Below the pieces are notes generated by a model. It saw only the letters and a program-made list of their open reading frames with translations, was not told the DNA's origin and searched no databases. DNA of 64,000 nucleotides from Candidatus Latescibacterota bacterium (GTDB lineage: Bacteria > Latescibacterota > UBA2968 > UBA8231): NCBI GenBank assembly GCA_965248265.1, contig CBDFJF010000002.1, forward strand, positions 2,190,699 to 2,254,698. Direction: 5' to 3'. The translations under genes were made by a program, and so were the position numbers. This document shows positions 46,788 to 56,980 of the stretch, one piece after another (the first letter of the stretch is position 1; each line of letters starts with the position of its first letter).

Positions 46788-48272
46788 TCATTCTGGCGCG
46801 TTGTCCAGGAAATACGCATCGAGCGCCCGCGGCTCCGCACCCGCCGACTTGAACTTCTGGTAGTCGTACGGCCCCACTGGCGCAAAGTCCCCACGCATCG
46901 CGTAAATCGACCCATCAGTCAGCCGCACCGAGAATCGCACCACCTGCCCCGCCACCTGCGCCATCGACTTCCCGTCTTTCCACTGCGGTATCCAGTACAG
47001 CTCATCCCCCGCGAATGAAACGGCATCGTCGAAACCGTACCCGGCAAGCGGCTCCCCCATCGCATCCTCCACCTGCACGCGGATCTCACCCTCAGGCGCT
47101 TTCACATTGATCTGCAGCTCTCCCCCTTTCCAGTAGACGATCCGCGTCGTCATCGAACCCGCTTCCCCCTCCGACTCCAGATAGCAGAACCCGTCCAGCC
47201 GCAGCTCGTGCAGAAGGATGGCGCTTTCTGTCAACAGCGACGGATCCTGAGACACCTCACCGTGTTCCCCCTTGAACGAGCTCGAGTACACCCGGATCCG
47301 ATCATCCGCCGTGACCACCATACTCGACGCGTGAACGAGACCGGCGCCATGCTGACCCGGCTCGGAATTGGCAATGAACGGATCCCGCAGCCCCCGCTGA
47401 AAGTGCCAGCCGTTGTAGCTGTAGACGAGCTGACAGTCGATGGTGCCGTAGAGGAACTTGATCGGTCCGTCGATCTCCGCCGTTTCGCTGTACGCCGCCG
47501 ACACCTTGGGTGGCGTGTGATAAACCCACAGAAACCCGACGAACATCCCTTCGTAGGGAAACACCGGCATCCCGTAGAGCTCCGCCGCCGGCGTATCGAG
47601 GGCGTCTGCCTGCAGCAGCAGCTCCGGCTTCGAGAAGTTCCGCCAGTCCCTCGTCTCATAAATAGCCACCCGCCGATCCCCGATACTCGGCCGTGCCGTG
47701 ATGCAGTAACTGTTGCGGTATTCATTCCAGAACACGCACGCCGCCGGATCGATGCCGTGGGGATGCCACCGCGCCCCTTCGGGTCGTTTCCACGACCTCC
47801 CGTCTGTCGAGGTATGGAGTAGACAGTCGTGCCCCAGCCGATCCTCCGCCCAGCAGCAGACCAGTCCCTTGATCCGCTCCCCCGGGTCCTCCGCCTGCCC
47901 ATCGAAGTAGGCCGGCGCCCACTCGAAGAATTCCCCCGAGGGGATCACCTGGTGGGGTACCCGCCTCGGAAAGTCATCTCCCCCGCCGGACAGATCCGGC
48001 GTCTCCCAGTGCACCCCGTCGTCACTCTCCGCTACCGCGGCGACAAACCCGTCATTGTCATGGATCGGTCCCCCCTGGTAGAGACAGCGCCAGACCCCGC
48101 TGTCCGGATCGCGAAACACCGAGGGGTATCCCGAATGCACGTCGAGTTGGGGATCGACGAAGACCCCTTCTGGGACGAGCTGCGGAGTGCCGACCCGGCG
48201 CTCCATATTTTGCCGGTCATAGAGATGCCAGTCGTCGAAAAAAAGCATGACTCTGTTCTCCTTCGTCGGCAT
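46788..48272 (-). CDS. GH43/GH130-like beta-propeller glycosidase family protein (paralog)
   Basis: MPTKENRVMLFFDDWHLYDRQN...GYPSVFRDPDSGVWRCLYQ...AESDDGVHWETPDL... Its start lies 4 nt downstream of the upstream heparinase-like stop, suggesting an operon. Confidence 0.55.
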   Translation of the reverse strand: MPTKENRVMLFFDDWHLYDRQNMERRVGTPQLVPEGVFVDPQLDVHSGYPSVFRDPDSGVWRCLYQGGPIHDNDGFVAAVAESDDGVHWETPDLSGGGDDFPRRVPHQVIPSGEFFEWAPAYFDGQAEDPGERIKGLVCCWAEDRLGHDCLLHTSTDGRSWKRPEGARWHPHGIDPAACVFWNEYRNSYCITARPSIGDRRVAIYETRDWRNFSKPELLLQADALDTPAAELYGMPVFPYEGMFVGFLWVYHTPPKVSAAYSETAEIDGPIKFLYGTIDCQLVYSYNGWHFQRGLRDPFIANSEPGQHGAGLVHASSMVVTADDRIRVYSSSFKGEHGEVSQDPSLLTESAILLHELRLDGFCYLESEGEAGSMTTRIVYWKGGELQINVKAPEGEIRVQVEDAMGEPLAGYGFDDAVSFAGDELYWIPQWKDGKSMAQVAGQVVRFSVRLTDGSIYAMRGDFAPVGPYDYQKFKSAGAEPRALDAYFLDNAPE

Positions 48273-48276
48273 CAGC

Positions 48277-50562
48277 TCAACTCAAGGTCTTGCCATCGTA
48301 TGACAGTCCCGCGCCGTCGACGACGTCCCAGACTCTGGGTGTGCTGCTGCCGTCAAGCCGCACGACGGCTGCCGACCCTTCGAAGGAAATGGGCCGGTCG
48401 CTTTCATCGCTGAGTGCCTGGGATCCGCGTTGGGCGGCGGCGCAGATGATATCTTCGCCTCCACCCGGCAAAAGCACCCGCAGCCAACCTCCTTGGGCGT
48501 CTCCGAGTGGCTCGACTGTGATTATTCGATCTTCGTCTGGCCTCAGAGGCCACAGAACCGTCTGCATGAGAGTAGAGTCCGTTCCGTTTCGCCTGAATAT
48601 GGCGCATGGAGCCGGGATAATCTCTCCACCCTCCACGTGCCAGCCCTGAACACCCTCCCCACCATCATCGCGACCTTCGGCGATCTCCACCTCGAGACCT
48701 TCGCTACGCACCGGCACGAGGGCCAGATTCGCCTCGCCTGCCGTTGTCGTGCGCACCGTTTGCGACGCTTCGTCCAGTGCTGATTCCACCGGCACAAAAT
48801 GGAAAAGTTGCTCGTAGGCATGCTCCCCCGATCCCGACAGTCGGTCGCTCACGAGCCAGTAGTCGAAGTCGTCCGCCCCTGTCGCCTTCACGTAAATCAC
48901 CGTGCGCCGGTGCGTGACCCAGACGTCGATCTCCCCCTCGAAGGGTGGTGGCGGGAATCCGGTACGCATAGGCTCGGTGAACTGAACCGGTCCCCACCCC
49001 TCGTCGTACTCGCCGCTCAGACAGTCACAGACTGCGCTCGAGTGCCACTCGTTGTCGAGAGGTTCGCTTACGGACTTCGCCCTGTCGCTGACGAGTCTCA
49101 TCTGGCAGAGCCCGTCTACGGTGACCGTGCTGTGTCCCCTGGTGCCGCCCAGGAATCGGTACCAGCGGTGATGGCGCTCCTCGCGCGAATACGTGTGAAC
49201 CCCTTTGTCGGCGATGAGCGTTCGTCCGAATGCGGCAACTTCGATGGCGAGCTTGGCCTCGTGGGCGTGGATATCACCGAGGGGACCCATGTCGCACATG
49301 AGGAAATTGGCGTCTCTTCCCCAGCCGCTGCGCATGACGCAGGTTCCCATCCAGGGATAATAGGACGACTCGTGATCCGGCCGCGGACCGCGCTCCCCGG
49401 TGCTCACCACATGTTCGAGTGATGGGTCGGCGCCGAGGTCGATCATGTTCGAGAGGTAGATGTCCGGTTTGCCCTGCTGACCATCTCCCGTCTGCGGACA
49501 GAGTCCGTCCGGCCGCCGCATGTCGGCGAGGAACCGGGCTCGCTCGATCATGGCCTCTTGTATGTGGGGCGAACAGCTCCAACCGTTCTTGTCGACCAGC
49601 AGCAGCACCTCGAGCCCCGAATTCGAGGAACCAACGGTGTAGCCGAGGGAATTTTCTCTGGCGGAGCCGTCGGGGTAAAAGGCCCCTTCGGGAGCAAAAT
49701 AGCCACCGCAGCGGTCCAATCCCTTCTCTCTCCAGGCTGGCGAGCGCTCGAACTCGTGCAGGCCGACGCCTATCCACAGCAGGCCGATGCCGTTGTACAG
49801 CAGCCCATTCCCGCGCGCCCCTTCGACCGCCTCCATGCATTCGGCGCAGAAGGTACCCAGCCAGTGCGTGAGGGCGCACAGATCCTCCGCCGGCAGATTC
49901 TCCCACGAGAGGATGAATGGCAGAAGCTGCTGATAGTTGCGCGCCAGCTGCATATCCGGCACCCACATCCAGTCCGAGCGGTCATCGACGCAGTTGAAGT
50001 AGTGCCGGTAAATCCAGACCAGCTTGTCGATGTATTTCTCGTCATCCGTGAGCCAGAAGCTGACGGCCAGGGTCTTGAGGAAGTACTGATAGCACAGCGA
50101 CATCGGCCATCGATGCCCCTCGATGGGCGGCACCACTTCCCAATCCCAGTCCGCGCCGAGATCGACGGCACCGTCTGCGTGGTGATACGGAATGAACACC
50201 TTGTGCTCGAGGAGCAGATCGGCGAGATCGACAACGGTGTAGGGCGATGGACTGCCTGCGGCCGAGCGCGCCTCGATGTAGCCTTTGCCGGTGTGGATGT
50301 GCTCCTTGACGCGTTCCCGGTCGCGCCACGTGAAACCGAGGGGCGGATCGTCGAGGAAGTCGTAGTAGCTGGTGCGTGAGGCCAGGTCGTTTTCCCCTAT
50401 TGATGCCCAGGGCAGAACAGGTGCCTGCCGATTCCGGTAATAGTCCAGGTAGGCAGCCCCGGCCGCGTCGAGATTGCCCGCCTCAACGGCGACCTTTACT
50501 TGCTCCATTCCCGCTGTGTCGAGATTCAGCAGCGAGAAAATCTCCTTTTCGACTCCCGTCAT
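48277..50562 (-). CDS. heparinase II/III-like family polysaccharide lyase (paralog 2)
   Basis: Start MTGVEKEIFSLLNLD (ATG ~50562) aligns with the start of paralog 1, so the track start 50700 is rejected. It carries the DIHAHEAKLAIEV signature. Confidence 0.7.
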   Translation of the reverse strand: MTGVEKEIFSLLNLDTAGMEQVKVAVEAGNLDAAGAAYLDYYRNRQAPVLPWASIGENDLASRTSYYDFLDDPPLGFTWRDRERVKEHIHTGKGYIEARSAAGSPSPYTVVDLADLLLEHKVFIPYHHADGAVDLGADWDWEVVPPIEGHRWPMSLCYQYFLKTLAVSFWLTDDEKYIDKLVWIYRHYFNCVDDRSDWMWVPDMQLARNYQQLLPFILSWENLPAEDLCALTHWLGTFCAECMEAVEGARGNGLLYNGIGLLWIGVGLHEFERSPAWREKGLDRCGGYFAPEGAFYPDGSARENSLGYTVGSSNSGLEVLLLVDKNGWSCSPHIQEAMIERARFLADMRRPDGLCPQTGDGQQGKPDIYLSNMIDLGADPSLEHVVSTGERGPRPDHESSYYPWMGTCVMRSGWGRDANFLMCDMGPLGDIHAHEAKLAIEVAAFGRTLIADKGVHTYSREERHHRWYRFLGGTRGHSTVTVDGLCQMRLVSDRAKSVSEPLDNEWHSSAVCDCLSGEYDEGWGPVQFTEPMRTGFPPPPFEGEIDVWVTHRRTVIYVKATGADDFDYWLVSDRLSGSGEHAYEQLFHFVPVESALDEASQTVRTTTAGEANLALVPVRSEGLEVEIAEGRDDGGEGVQGWHVEGGEIIPAPCAIFRRNGTDSTLMQTVLWPLRPDEDRIITVEPLGDAQGGWLRVLLPGGGEDIICAAAQRGSQALSDESDRPISFEGSAAVVRLDGSSTPRVWDVVDGAGLSYDGKTLS

Positions 50563-50674
50563 CGGTCTCTGAGCCCGTCGACTATCATGTTCAGACCTCC
50601 GTAAACACGAGTCAGATCGTCGTCGCCGTACCACGCCGCCCACGGAAGCATGACACTTGACAATCCCGGCCCTG

Positions 50675-51973
50675 TCAGAACCGGGCCAACACATCATCAA
50701 CTACCGAAAGCACCTGATCGATATCTCCCCGCGTATGAGCAATGGAGAATCCGTGGTGACATGCCTTGCCACCGTACGGGTGGAAATAAACACCCTTCTC
50801 CATCGTCTCGCGGCAGAACCGAAGCATCATCTGAACGTCATGGGCTGCCGTGTCTCGGTAACAGGTCACTTCCCGCTCGATGCCGAAGAGGACACCGAAC
50901 TGAGAGCCAAAGTGTTGAATTCTCATGGGAATCGCTCGGCGTTGAGCGATCTCGGTCAAGCCGTTGTATAGCACATCCGCCGTCTCACGGATCTGTTTGA
51001 AGAAGGCCGGATCATCGTAGAGCCTAAGTGCCGCAAGCCCCGCAGCGATGCACGGGCTCGTACCGTTGTACGTACCGCTGTGTGCAGCCTTGCCAATCGG
51101 AGTGCAATGCTTCATCAGCTCGCGCCTACCGGCGAAGACACTGATTGGCGTTCCACCGCCCACGCATTTCCCAATCGAGCACGCGTCAGGAGTCACGCCC
51201 AGGTATCCTTGTGCGCAATCTGGTCCAGTCCGAAAGGCCGAGAGGATCTCGTCAAAGATCAACACAATGCCCAACTCGCCGGTCAGGTCTCGTAGCAGCT
51301 GCATGTATCCCTTTCTCGGATAAATGCATCCACAATTCAGATCTACAGGCTCGCAGATTACGGCTGCCAGCTCACCAGCGTGCTTTCGCAGCGCCAGGAT
51401 CCGCTCATCGTTAAAGGGAATGGTCATCGTTAACTCGGAGAGGCGGTGCGGGACTCCTGCAGATTCGGATCCGCTATAGAAAGGAAATTCGCTCGGCAGT
51501 GAATCAAATGGCGGAAACCCTCCAAAGGTGGCGTAGTCGAGAATCCCGTGATAATGGCCCTCAAACCGAAGTACCTTCTCCTTGCCCGTGGCCGCTCGCG
51601 CGAGCCGCACGCAGTACATCGTGGCTTCGGATCCGCTGTTGGTAAATCTCACCAACTCCGCACAGGGTACCATCGATGTCAGTTTCTCTGCGAACTCGAC
51701 ATGTAAGGGGCTGTCGTAACTATTAACCATGCCTCGTTCGAGAACGTCGTGAAGGGCTTCGGTAATGGCGGGATGCGCGTGACCCAGTTGCGACGCGCCG
51801 TGGGAAACGCACATGTCGATGTACTCATTGCCCTCGACATCCCAAATCTGCGCGCCCTTACCACGTTCGAAGTACGTCGGCCGGCTCAATGCTTCGTTGA
51901 ACCGGGCCGCCGCTGATACGCCGGCGACAATGGATCCGCGCGCCCGTTCCCAGAGTTGCTCATTTGTAACCAT
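50675..51973 (-). CDS. class III (GSA-aminomutase-like) PLP-dependent aminotransferase
   Basis: 432 aa. PLP-Lys motif SIGKCVGGG and the overall class III AT pattern. Confidence 0.8.
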   Translation of the reverse strand: MVTNEQLWERARGSIVAGVSAAARFNEALSRPTYFERGKGAQIWDVEGNEYIDMCVSHGASQLGHAHPAITEALHDVLERGMVNSYDSPLHVEFAEKLTSMVPCAELVRFTNSGSEATMYCVRLARAATGKEKVLRFEGHYHGILDYATFGGFPPFDSLPSEFPFYSGSESAGVPHRLSELTMTIPFNDERILALRKHAGELAAVICEPVDLNCGCIYPRKGYMQLLRDLTGELGIVLIFDEILSAFRTGPDCAQGYLGVTPDACSIGKCVGGGTPISVFAGRRELMKHCTPIGKAAHSGTYNGTSPCIAAGLAALRLYDDPAFFKQIRETADVLYNGLTEIAQRRAIPMRIQHFGSQFGVLFGIEREVTCYRDTAAHDVQMMLRFCRETMEKGVYFHPYGGKACHHGFSIAHTRGDIDQVLSVVDDVLARF

Positions 51974-51981
51974 GACGTCAC

Positions 51982-52420
51982 CTACATGGTCTTCTCGATT
52001 GCGGCCAGTAGCCTCATCAGTGCCAGCTCGATCGGCTGAATCACAGTTGTCGAGATCGGCGCGAAATTCGGTCGAAACGACGCAGGACTTTTGATACCTA
52101 CGACCTTGTACTCGGCCGGATCAAGACCCGTGCAGCAGTAGAGTCCGGATTCGCTGCACATTACAGGCCTCCGAGCCGCCAAAATATGAATGTTCCTGAT
52201 TCGGAGCACGACCGCACCGCCCATGTCCTGCTCGAGTCCTGTGAAGTACTTCAACAATGGCCGCCGCACGGAATGGACTGGTAAACCGACGATCGCAACC
52301 CTCGCCGAAAACAACCTGCGTCTTCTCGCCCAATTGGCTGCGGGCCGTCTGCTCCACCAATGCCAGATCGCACGTGAATACAAGCGACTTGGAGCGGATC
52401 CGGTTGAAAGCAGCCACTTC
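51982..52420 (-). CDS. hypothetical ORF, possibly a frameshifted gene fragment (the C-terminal ...TGLDPAEYKVVGIKSPASFRPNFAPISTTVIQ... is faintly MlrC-C-terminus-like)
   Basis: Protein-like sequence is split over two frames (track ORFs 52121..52417 and 51982..52506) with an apparent switch near 52290. It ends 9 nt before the aminotransferase start. Confidence 0.25.
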
Positions 52421-52504
52421 AGCGTATAGTTTGTGATGCTCGGCATGAATATATCAGATGCACAACATCCGGTCAGCCGATAGACATACATTCGAGGAGA
52501 GACC

Positions 52505-53227
52505 ATGCGGTGTATTTTCGCAGGTATCGAGTACGCGGGAAAATCGACGCTTATAGGGCTGCTCGCCCAGTACTACAAGAGGCGCGGCCGGCGAGTTCAC
52601 GCCGACGATCATTTCTCCATCCCGGATTCGACCTTGAGTCCCGACTCACAGGCGGCCATGGTGGGATACCCGCAGGATGTGAGGGAGCGCATGCAGCGCA
52701 TGCAGATCCAGTACCACATCGAAGTCATCAAGAATCACGAGAACGTGCTGCTAGGTGGATGGCACATCGAGGAGTACGTCTACTCTTCCGTCTACGGACA
52801 GGACCCGTCGAGTGCGTACTACCCCAACTATTCGTACGGCGTGCAGCGCGTGTACGAATCGCGCGTTCTGGAAGAACGCTTACCCGACACCGTCCTCGTC
52901 CACCTCAGCGCCAGCGACGAAGCGATCGTCGGGCGAATGAGAGGCCAGCCTCACCAATACCAAGTCATTCGAGAGAAGGACATCCCGGATTTGAAGAAGC
53001 GTTTCGATGAGGAGGTGGGACGCTCGCTTTTTTGCTGGGGTAACCGAAGACTCGACATGGATACGACGGACAAGACACCGCAGGAGTCCCTGGACGAGTT
53101 GCTAGAGCGCTCTGAACCACTCGTTACGGCCGGAGAAATCGCCATGCGGGCGCTGCCGGTTCCGGAGGGAGGCTTCGAGGTCCGCTACAGAGACGGCGTG
53201 CGCGAAGTCGTGCAGTCGAAAGCGTGA
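52505..53227 (+). CDS. P-loop NTPase / small-molecule-kinase-like protein
   Basis: An N-terminal Walker A motif (FAGIEYAGKSTLIG) begins 5 residues in. 240 aa. AT-rich upstream region with a GAGGAGAG RBS. Confidence 0.5.
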   Translation: MRCIFAGIEYAGKSTLIGLLAQYYKRRGRRVHADDHFSIPDSTLSPDSQAAMVGYPQDVRERMQRMQIQYHIEVIKNHENVLLGGWHIEEYVYSSVYGQDPSSAYYPNYSYGVQRVYESRVLEERLPDTVLVHLSASDEAIVGRMRGQPHQYQVIREKDIPDLKKRFDEEVGRSLFCWGNRRLDMDTTDKTPQESLDELLERSEPLVTAGEIAMRALPVPEGGFEVRYRDGVREVVQSKA

Positions 53228-53303
53228 TCGAATTGCCCGCTACTGATGGGACTGGTGCCCCAAAAATCAAAGGTCTTCAATTAAACGTTCTCCCGTCGCG
53301 CGC

Positions 53304-54137
53304 TCACTCTGCAAGATGCCGGAACAGGGGTTTCACCTCGTCGCTCAGCGCCGCGAAGACGTCCTTGGGAATTCGGGAAAGGTTCGCAGCCTTCCCTGCC
53401 CTCTCCACCACCATGCTCATGTTCTCGGGCGTACCCTCAATCTCGGGATTCAGATTGATCCACCAGGGTCCATAGCGGACCGAAATGGCGACGCGTGGCT
53501 CGGTGCTGCGGTTCGGCGCCACTGCGTGCCAGAGTCGGCTGTCATAGATCAAGACGCTGCCCGGATCGCCGGTAGCGGAAACCTCGGTGAGATATGGAGC
53601 ATCCCGATCGACGCCGTTGTCCCCGGAAGGGTTGTTGCTGGATCGATGGCTTCCAGGCACCAAGAAGGTGCCGCCGTTCTCGGCGTTGAATGGTGTCAGC
53701 ATCCAGATGGTGCTCAGATGCATCAGTGTGTCGGGATAGGGAGCCTCGATCCGTGCCGAGTTCGTCTGGTTGTAGGGCCAGTCGGCGTGCCAGTATCCGC
53801 GATCGTTACCTGGATGGGTGACGATCCCGCCGGCGCTCGAGATCCGCACGTCCGGGCCGAAGAAAGCCTCTGCCGTTCCGAGAACGCGGGGATCAGCCAG
53901 GTAGGCTGCGAATTCCTGAGTCGAGTTGATCAGAGACGTGCTGAAGGTGACCCCTTGAGCACCGACCCGATGTCCTTTGCTACGGATCTCTTCTTGGCGG
54001 CGCTGATTGATTTCTGCTTCACGCGCGTGGACTCGAAGCACACCTTGTTTGACACCATCGATCTGGTCGTCGGGAATGACGTCCTCGATCACGCAGAAGC
54101 CGTCCAGCTTGATGTGGTTTACTATGGTTTCGACCAT
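53304..54137 (-). CDS. phytanoyl-CoA dioxygenase (PhyH) family oxygenase
   Basis: 277 aa with jelly-roll His/Asp...His motifs (WHADWPYN..., ...LWHAVAPN). Confidence 0.75.
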   Translation of the reverse strand: MVETIVNHIKLDGFCVIEDVIPDDQIDGVKQGVLRVHAREAEINQRRQEEIRSKGHRVGAQGVTFSTSLINSTQEFAAYLADPRVLGTAEAFFGPDVRISSAGGIVTHPGNDRGYWHADWPYNQTNSARIEAPYPDTLMHLSTIWMLTPFNAENGGTFLVPGSHRSSNNPSGDNGVDRDAPYLTEVSATGDPGSVLIYDSRLWHAVAPNRSTEPRVAISVRYGPWWINLNPEIEGTPENMSMVVERAGKAANLSRIPKDVFAALSDEVKPLFRHLAE

Positions 54138-54150
54138 GCTGTCCTGAGTT

Positions 54151-54978
54151 TCATGAAGTGAATGGAAGAACAGCGTCGCGCATCTTGATCGTCTCTGTCA
54201 TAACATCGCACTTGTCCATGTCCCAGAATTCTTCGTGTTCGTACTCCAGAGTCGCGTAACCATCGTACCCGGTGTCCTGCAGGCGGCGCATCAGATCTGG
54301 AAAGTTGATCTCGCCTTCATCCCAGCGCGCTTGAATCTTTTTGTTGGCCCCCTGGCGCAGGTGCACGTGCCCGGCGTAGGGCAGCAGTGCATGCAGTTCG
54401 TCTTCCTTGTGGCCGATCGAGACGCAGTGAGCGTAGTCGATGCAGATCTTCAGATCCGGGTTCTGTTCCAGGAATTTCAGGGTTTCGTCCGGCCGCTCTA
54501 TGACCGACTCCCGGTGTGGCTCGAACACCATTTCGATACCGACGGCCGTCGTGATCTCAGCCGCGGCATGCAGTTCATCGGCGGCGATGCATTGCGAATC
54601 CTCGCGACTCATGCCCTCGTTCTCGACTCCGGGAAGCAGGGTAAGCGATTTCAGGCTGGCAGCGGCGCAGAAATCGGCGATGTGCCTGATCCGGTCCCTG
54701 TTCCGTTCGCGCACGGTGGCATCGGACGAATTGATAGCATTATCGCCAAACCCCTCACCCAGCAGGACGATCAGGTTGATTAGCTCGATGTCGAGATCCC
54801 GCACTTTTTTCGCCTGGCCCTGCGGATCGGCCCTCAGGCTGTCGGCCGTCAGCGCCGCGCCCGGCATGGCGATCAGGTCCATGGCTTCGACTCCAAGCGC
54901 CTTGTAAATACTGGCCGATTCGGCGAAGGAGGCTCCGACCCATGTCCACTGAGCTCCTGCCAGCACGATCTTGCTCAT
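54151..54978 (-). CDS. sugar phosphate isomerase/epimerase (xylose-isomerase-like TIM barrel)
   Basis: ...GYDGYATLEYEHEEF... with typical metal-binding Glu/Asp/His positions. 275 aa. Confidence 0.75.
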   Translation of the reverse strand: MSKIVLAGAQWTWVGASFAESASIYKALGVEAMDLIAMPGAALTADSLRADPQGQAKKVRDLDIELINLIVLLGEGFGDNAINSSDATVRERNRDRIRHIADFCAAASLKSLTLLPGVENEGMSREDSQCIAADELHAAAEITTAVGIEMVFEPHRESVIERPDETLKFLEQNPDLKICIDYAHCVSIGHKEDELHALLPYAGHVHLRQGANKKIQARWDEGEINFPDLMRRLQDTGYDGYATLEYEHEEFWDMDKCDVMTETIKMRDAVLPFTS

Positions 54979-55022
54979 TGCTCATCCCTGTGAAATTGTA
55001 TGTGCAGTCAGTCCCGTTTTAT

Positions 55023-55832
55023 TCATCCCGTCCCCGGAACTGCTGCCGTGCTCGTCATGCCGCCGTCCACATCCAGCGCCGTACCGGTGATGAAAGCGGA
55101 GGAGTCTTGTATGAAAAACAGGATGGCGTTGACGACATCGTCCTCGGAGCAATTGCGCCCCAGGGGAATATCCACAGCCGTGGCAGCCTTCACCTGCTCG
55201 GGTGAGAGTCCGGTCGCTTTCGTTTTCCATTCGAGGACGAATTCGCCCATACCAGTAGTCGGACAACCGACGGGACAGACGCAGTTGACGGTCACCCCGT
55301 CGTCGGCCAGCTCGCCGGCGATCGACTTCGTCAGGCCGACGACCCCGAATTTGGCTGCCACATAGGATGTGACCATCGGCCAACCGATTTTCGAAGCGTC
55401 CGAACCGATGTTGACGATGCGCCCACGGCCACTCGCGCACAACAGCGGGGCCGACCTTTGTGAGCACAGGAAGGTCCCCTTGAGGTCGACGTCGATGGTG
55501 CGATCCCACTCCTCTTCCGCCGTGTCGACGAACCTCGAAAACTCCAGGATACCGGCGCAATTCACGAGTGTATCAAGCCCGCCGAATGCATCCTGGCATG
55601 CGGCCACTGCTGCTTCTACTGAAGACGTGGACGTGACGTCCAGGCGCAACGTCAGCAGGCGATCGTTATCGAGGGTCGCGGCAGCGCTTTGCAGCTTGCC
55701 TTCATCGACATCGCCGATGGCAACCTGAGCCCCCTGGTTGAGCAAGGCACGGGCGGTTGCACAGCCGAAACCACTGGCACCGCCGGTGATGAGGGCTCGC
55801 CGGGGTCGGTCCTGAGAATTTGCGTTGGTCAT
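55023..55832 (-). CDS. SDR family oxidoreductase
   Basis: ALITGGASGFGCATARAL (TGxxxGxG) and YVAAKFG (YxxxK). ATG at 55832. Confidence 0.8.
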   Translation of the reverse strand: MTNANSQDRPRRALITGGASGFGCATARALLNQGAQVAIGDVDEGKLQSAAATLDNDRLLTLRLDVTSTSSVEAAVAACQDAFGGLDTLVNCAGILEFSRFVDTAEEEWDRTIDVDLKGTFLCSQRSAPLLCASGRGRIVNIGSDASKIGWPMVTSYVAAKFGVVGLTKSIAGELADDGVTVNCVCPVGCPTTGMGEFVLEWKTKATGLSPEQVKAATAVDIPLGRNCSEDDVVNAILFFIQDSSAFITGTALDVDGGMTSTAAVPGTG

Positions 55833-55926
55833 GTTCTCTGACACGGGTGCAGATGGGCGGTGCATCTGATTGTCTCGCGTGAGAAATCTAATGACACTCA
55901 GGTTACGTTCCAACCCTGGTAAGCGT

Positions 55927-56790
55927 TTAAATCCCTACGCCGAACTCGCTCTCGAACTCCACCCAGATCTCCGCCGGAACCCCCTGCGTGGCTGCTTTGT
56001 AGGCGTCCTCGAGTTGGCTGCGGTTCGCCGGCCCACTCATGACGATACCGTCAATCGGCGCGTCGAGACAGAACTCCATCGCCAGGTGTTTGATGTCGAC
56101 GCCGTTCTCCTGACACCACTGCCACATGGCGTGCGCGCGTGGTTTTTCGATCCTATCCGGTTCGACTCCGGTCAGACTTCCCATGCCGAACACACTGGCC
56201 AGGATCAGCCCGACGCCGTGTTGCTTGGCCAGAGGCATGGTCGTGCGCGCGACCGACTGGTTGAGCAGCGTGTAGTCCAGAAAAGTCAGAACGACTTCGG
56301 CGTGGCCGGCTTCGATGGCGGCTCGGTGGAAGTCTTGCTCGCGTACGCCCAGGCCGAGGTGCCGTACCAGTCCCTCCGCTTTCATTTTTTGCAACTCGTC
56401 AAAAGCCCGGTCGGGACCCAGGGGATCCTCGATCGTGAGCGGATCGTGGACCAGGACCGAATCAAGGTAGTCCACTCGCAGCTGGCGCAGGCTGTTTTCA
56501 ACGCTCCAGCGGGTCGCCTCTGCCGAGAAATCCTTCGGCCGGTCGGGGTGCGGACCCACCTTCGCTTGCAGGTAAAAGGTCGAACGCTCAACACCTGATA
56601 GGGCCTGACCCCAACGCTCTTCACCTCGGCCAGCGTAGGTGTCGAAGAAGTCGATACCCAGCTCGAGAGCACGCTCGACCGTGGCGATTGTCTCAGCCTC
56701 TGGGGCCTGACTGACAAACGCGGCGCCCATGCCCAGCGCTCGCGGCCGCATCTCTGTCCTGCCCATTCGTCTTCGTGGTAGTTCGATCAA
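55927..56790 (-). CDS. aldo/keto reductase
   Basis: 287 aa AKR TIM barrel (...GIDFFDTYAGRGEERWGQAL...). Confidence 0.75.
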   Translation of the reverse strand: MIELPRRRMGRTEMRPRALGMGAAFVSQAPEAETIATVERALELGIDFFDTYAGRGEERWGQALSGVERSTFYLQAKVGPHPDRPKDFSAEATRWSVENSLRQLRVDYLDSVLVHDPLTIEDPLGPDRAFDELQKMKAEGLVRHLGLGVREQDFHRAAIEAGHAEVVLTFLDYTLLNQSVARTTMPLAKQHGVGLILASVFGMGSLTGVEPDRIEKPRAHAMWQWCQENGVDIKHLAMEFCLDAPIDGIVMSGPANRSQLEDAYKAATQGVPAEIWVEFESEFGVGI

Positions 56791-56980
56791 TCAGGATCCC
56801 TCCTGCGGTCGCGAGCGAGTGGCGCTGAGGCAACCGCCGACGGTGTGATCAACTTGCTTCCGACCGTGGGACTGATCGATCGTCGTACTGCCGCCGAAAA
56901 CGGTATCGTGAATTCGTGTCGCAGTGTGGTGAGGAATGGGCCCGAGGGTAGACGTGCTCAAGGTCAGGACCGGATTGACC

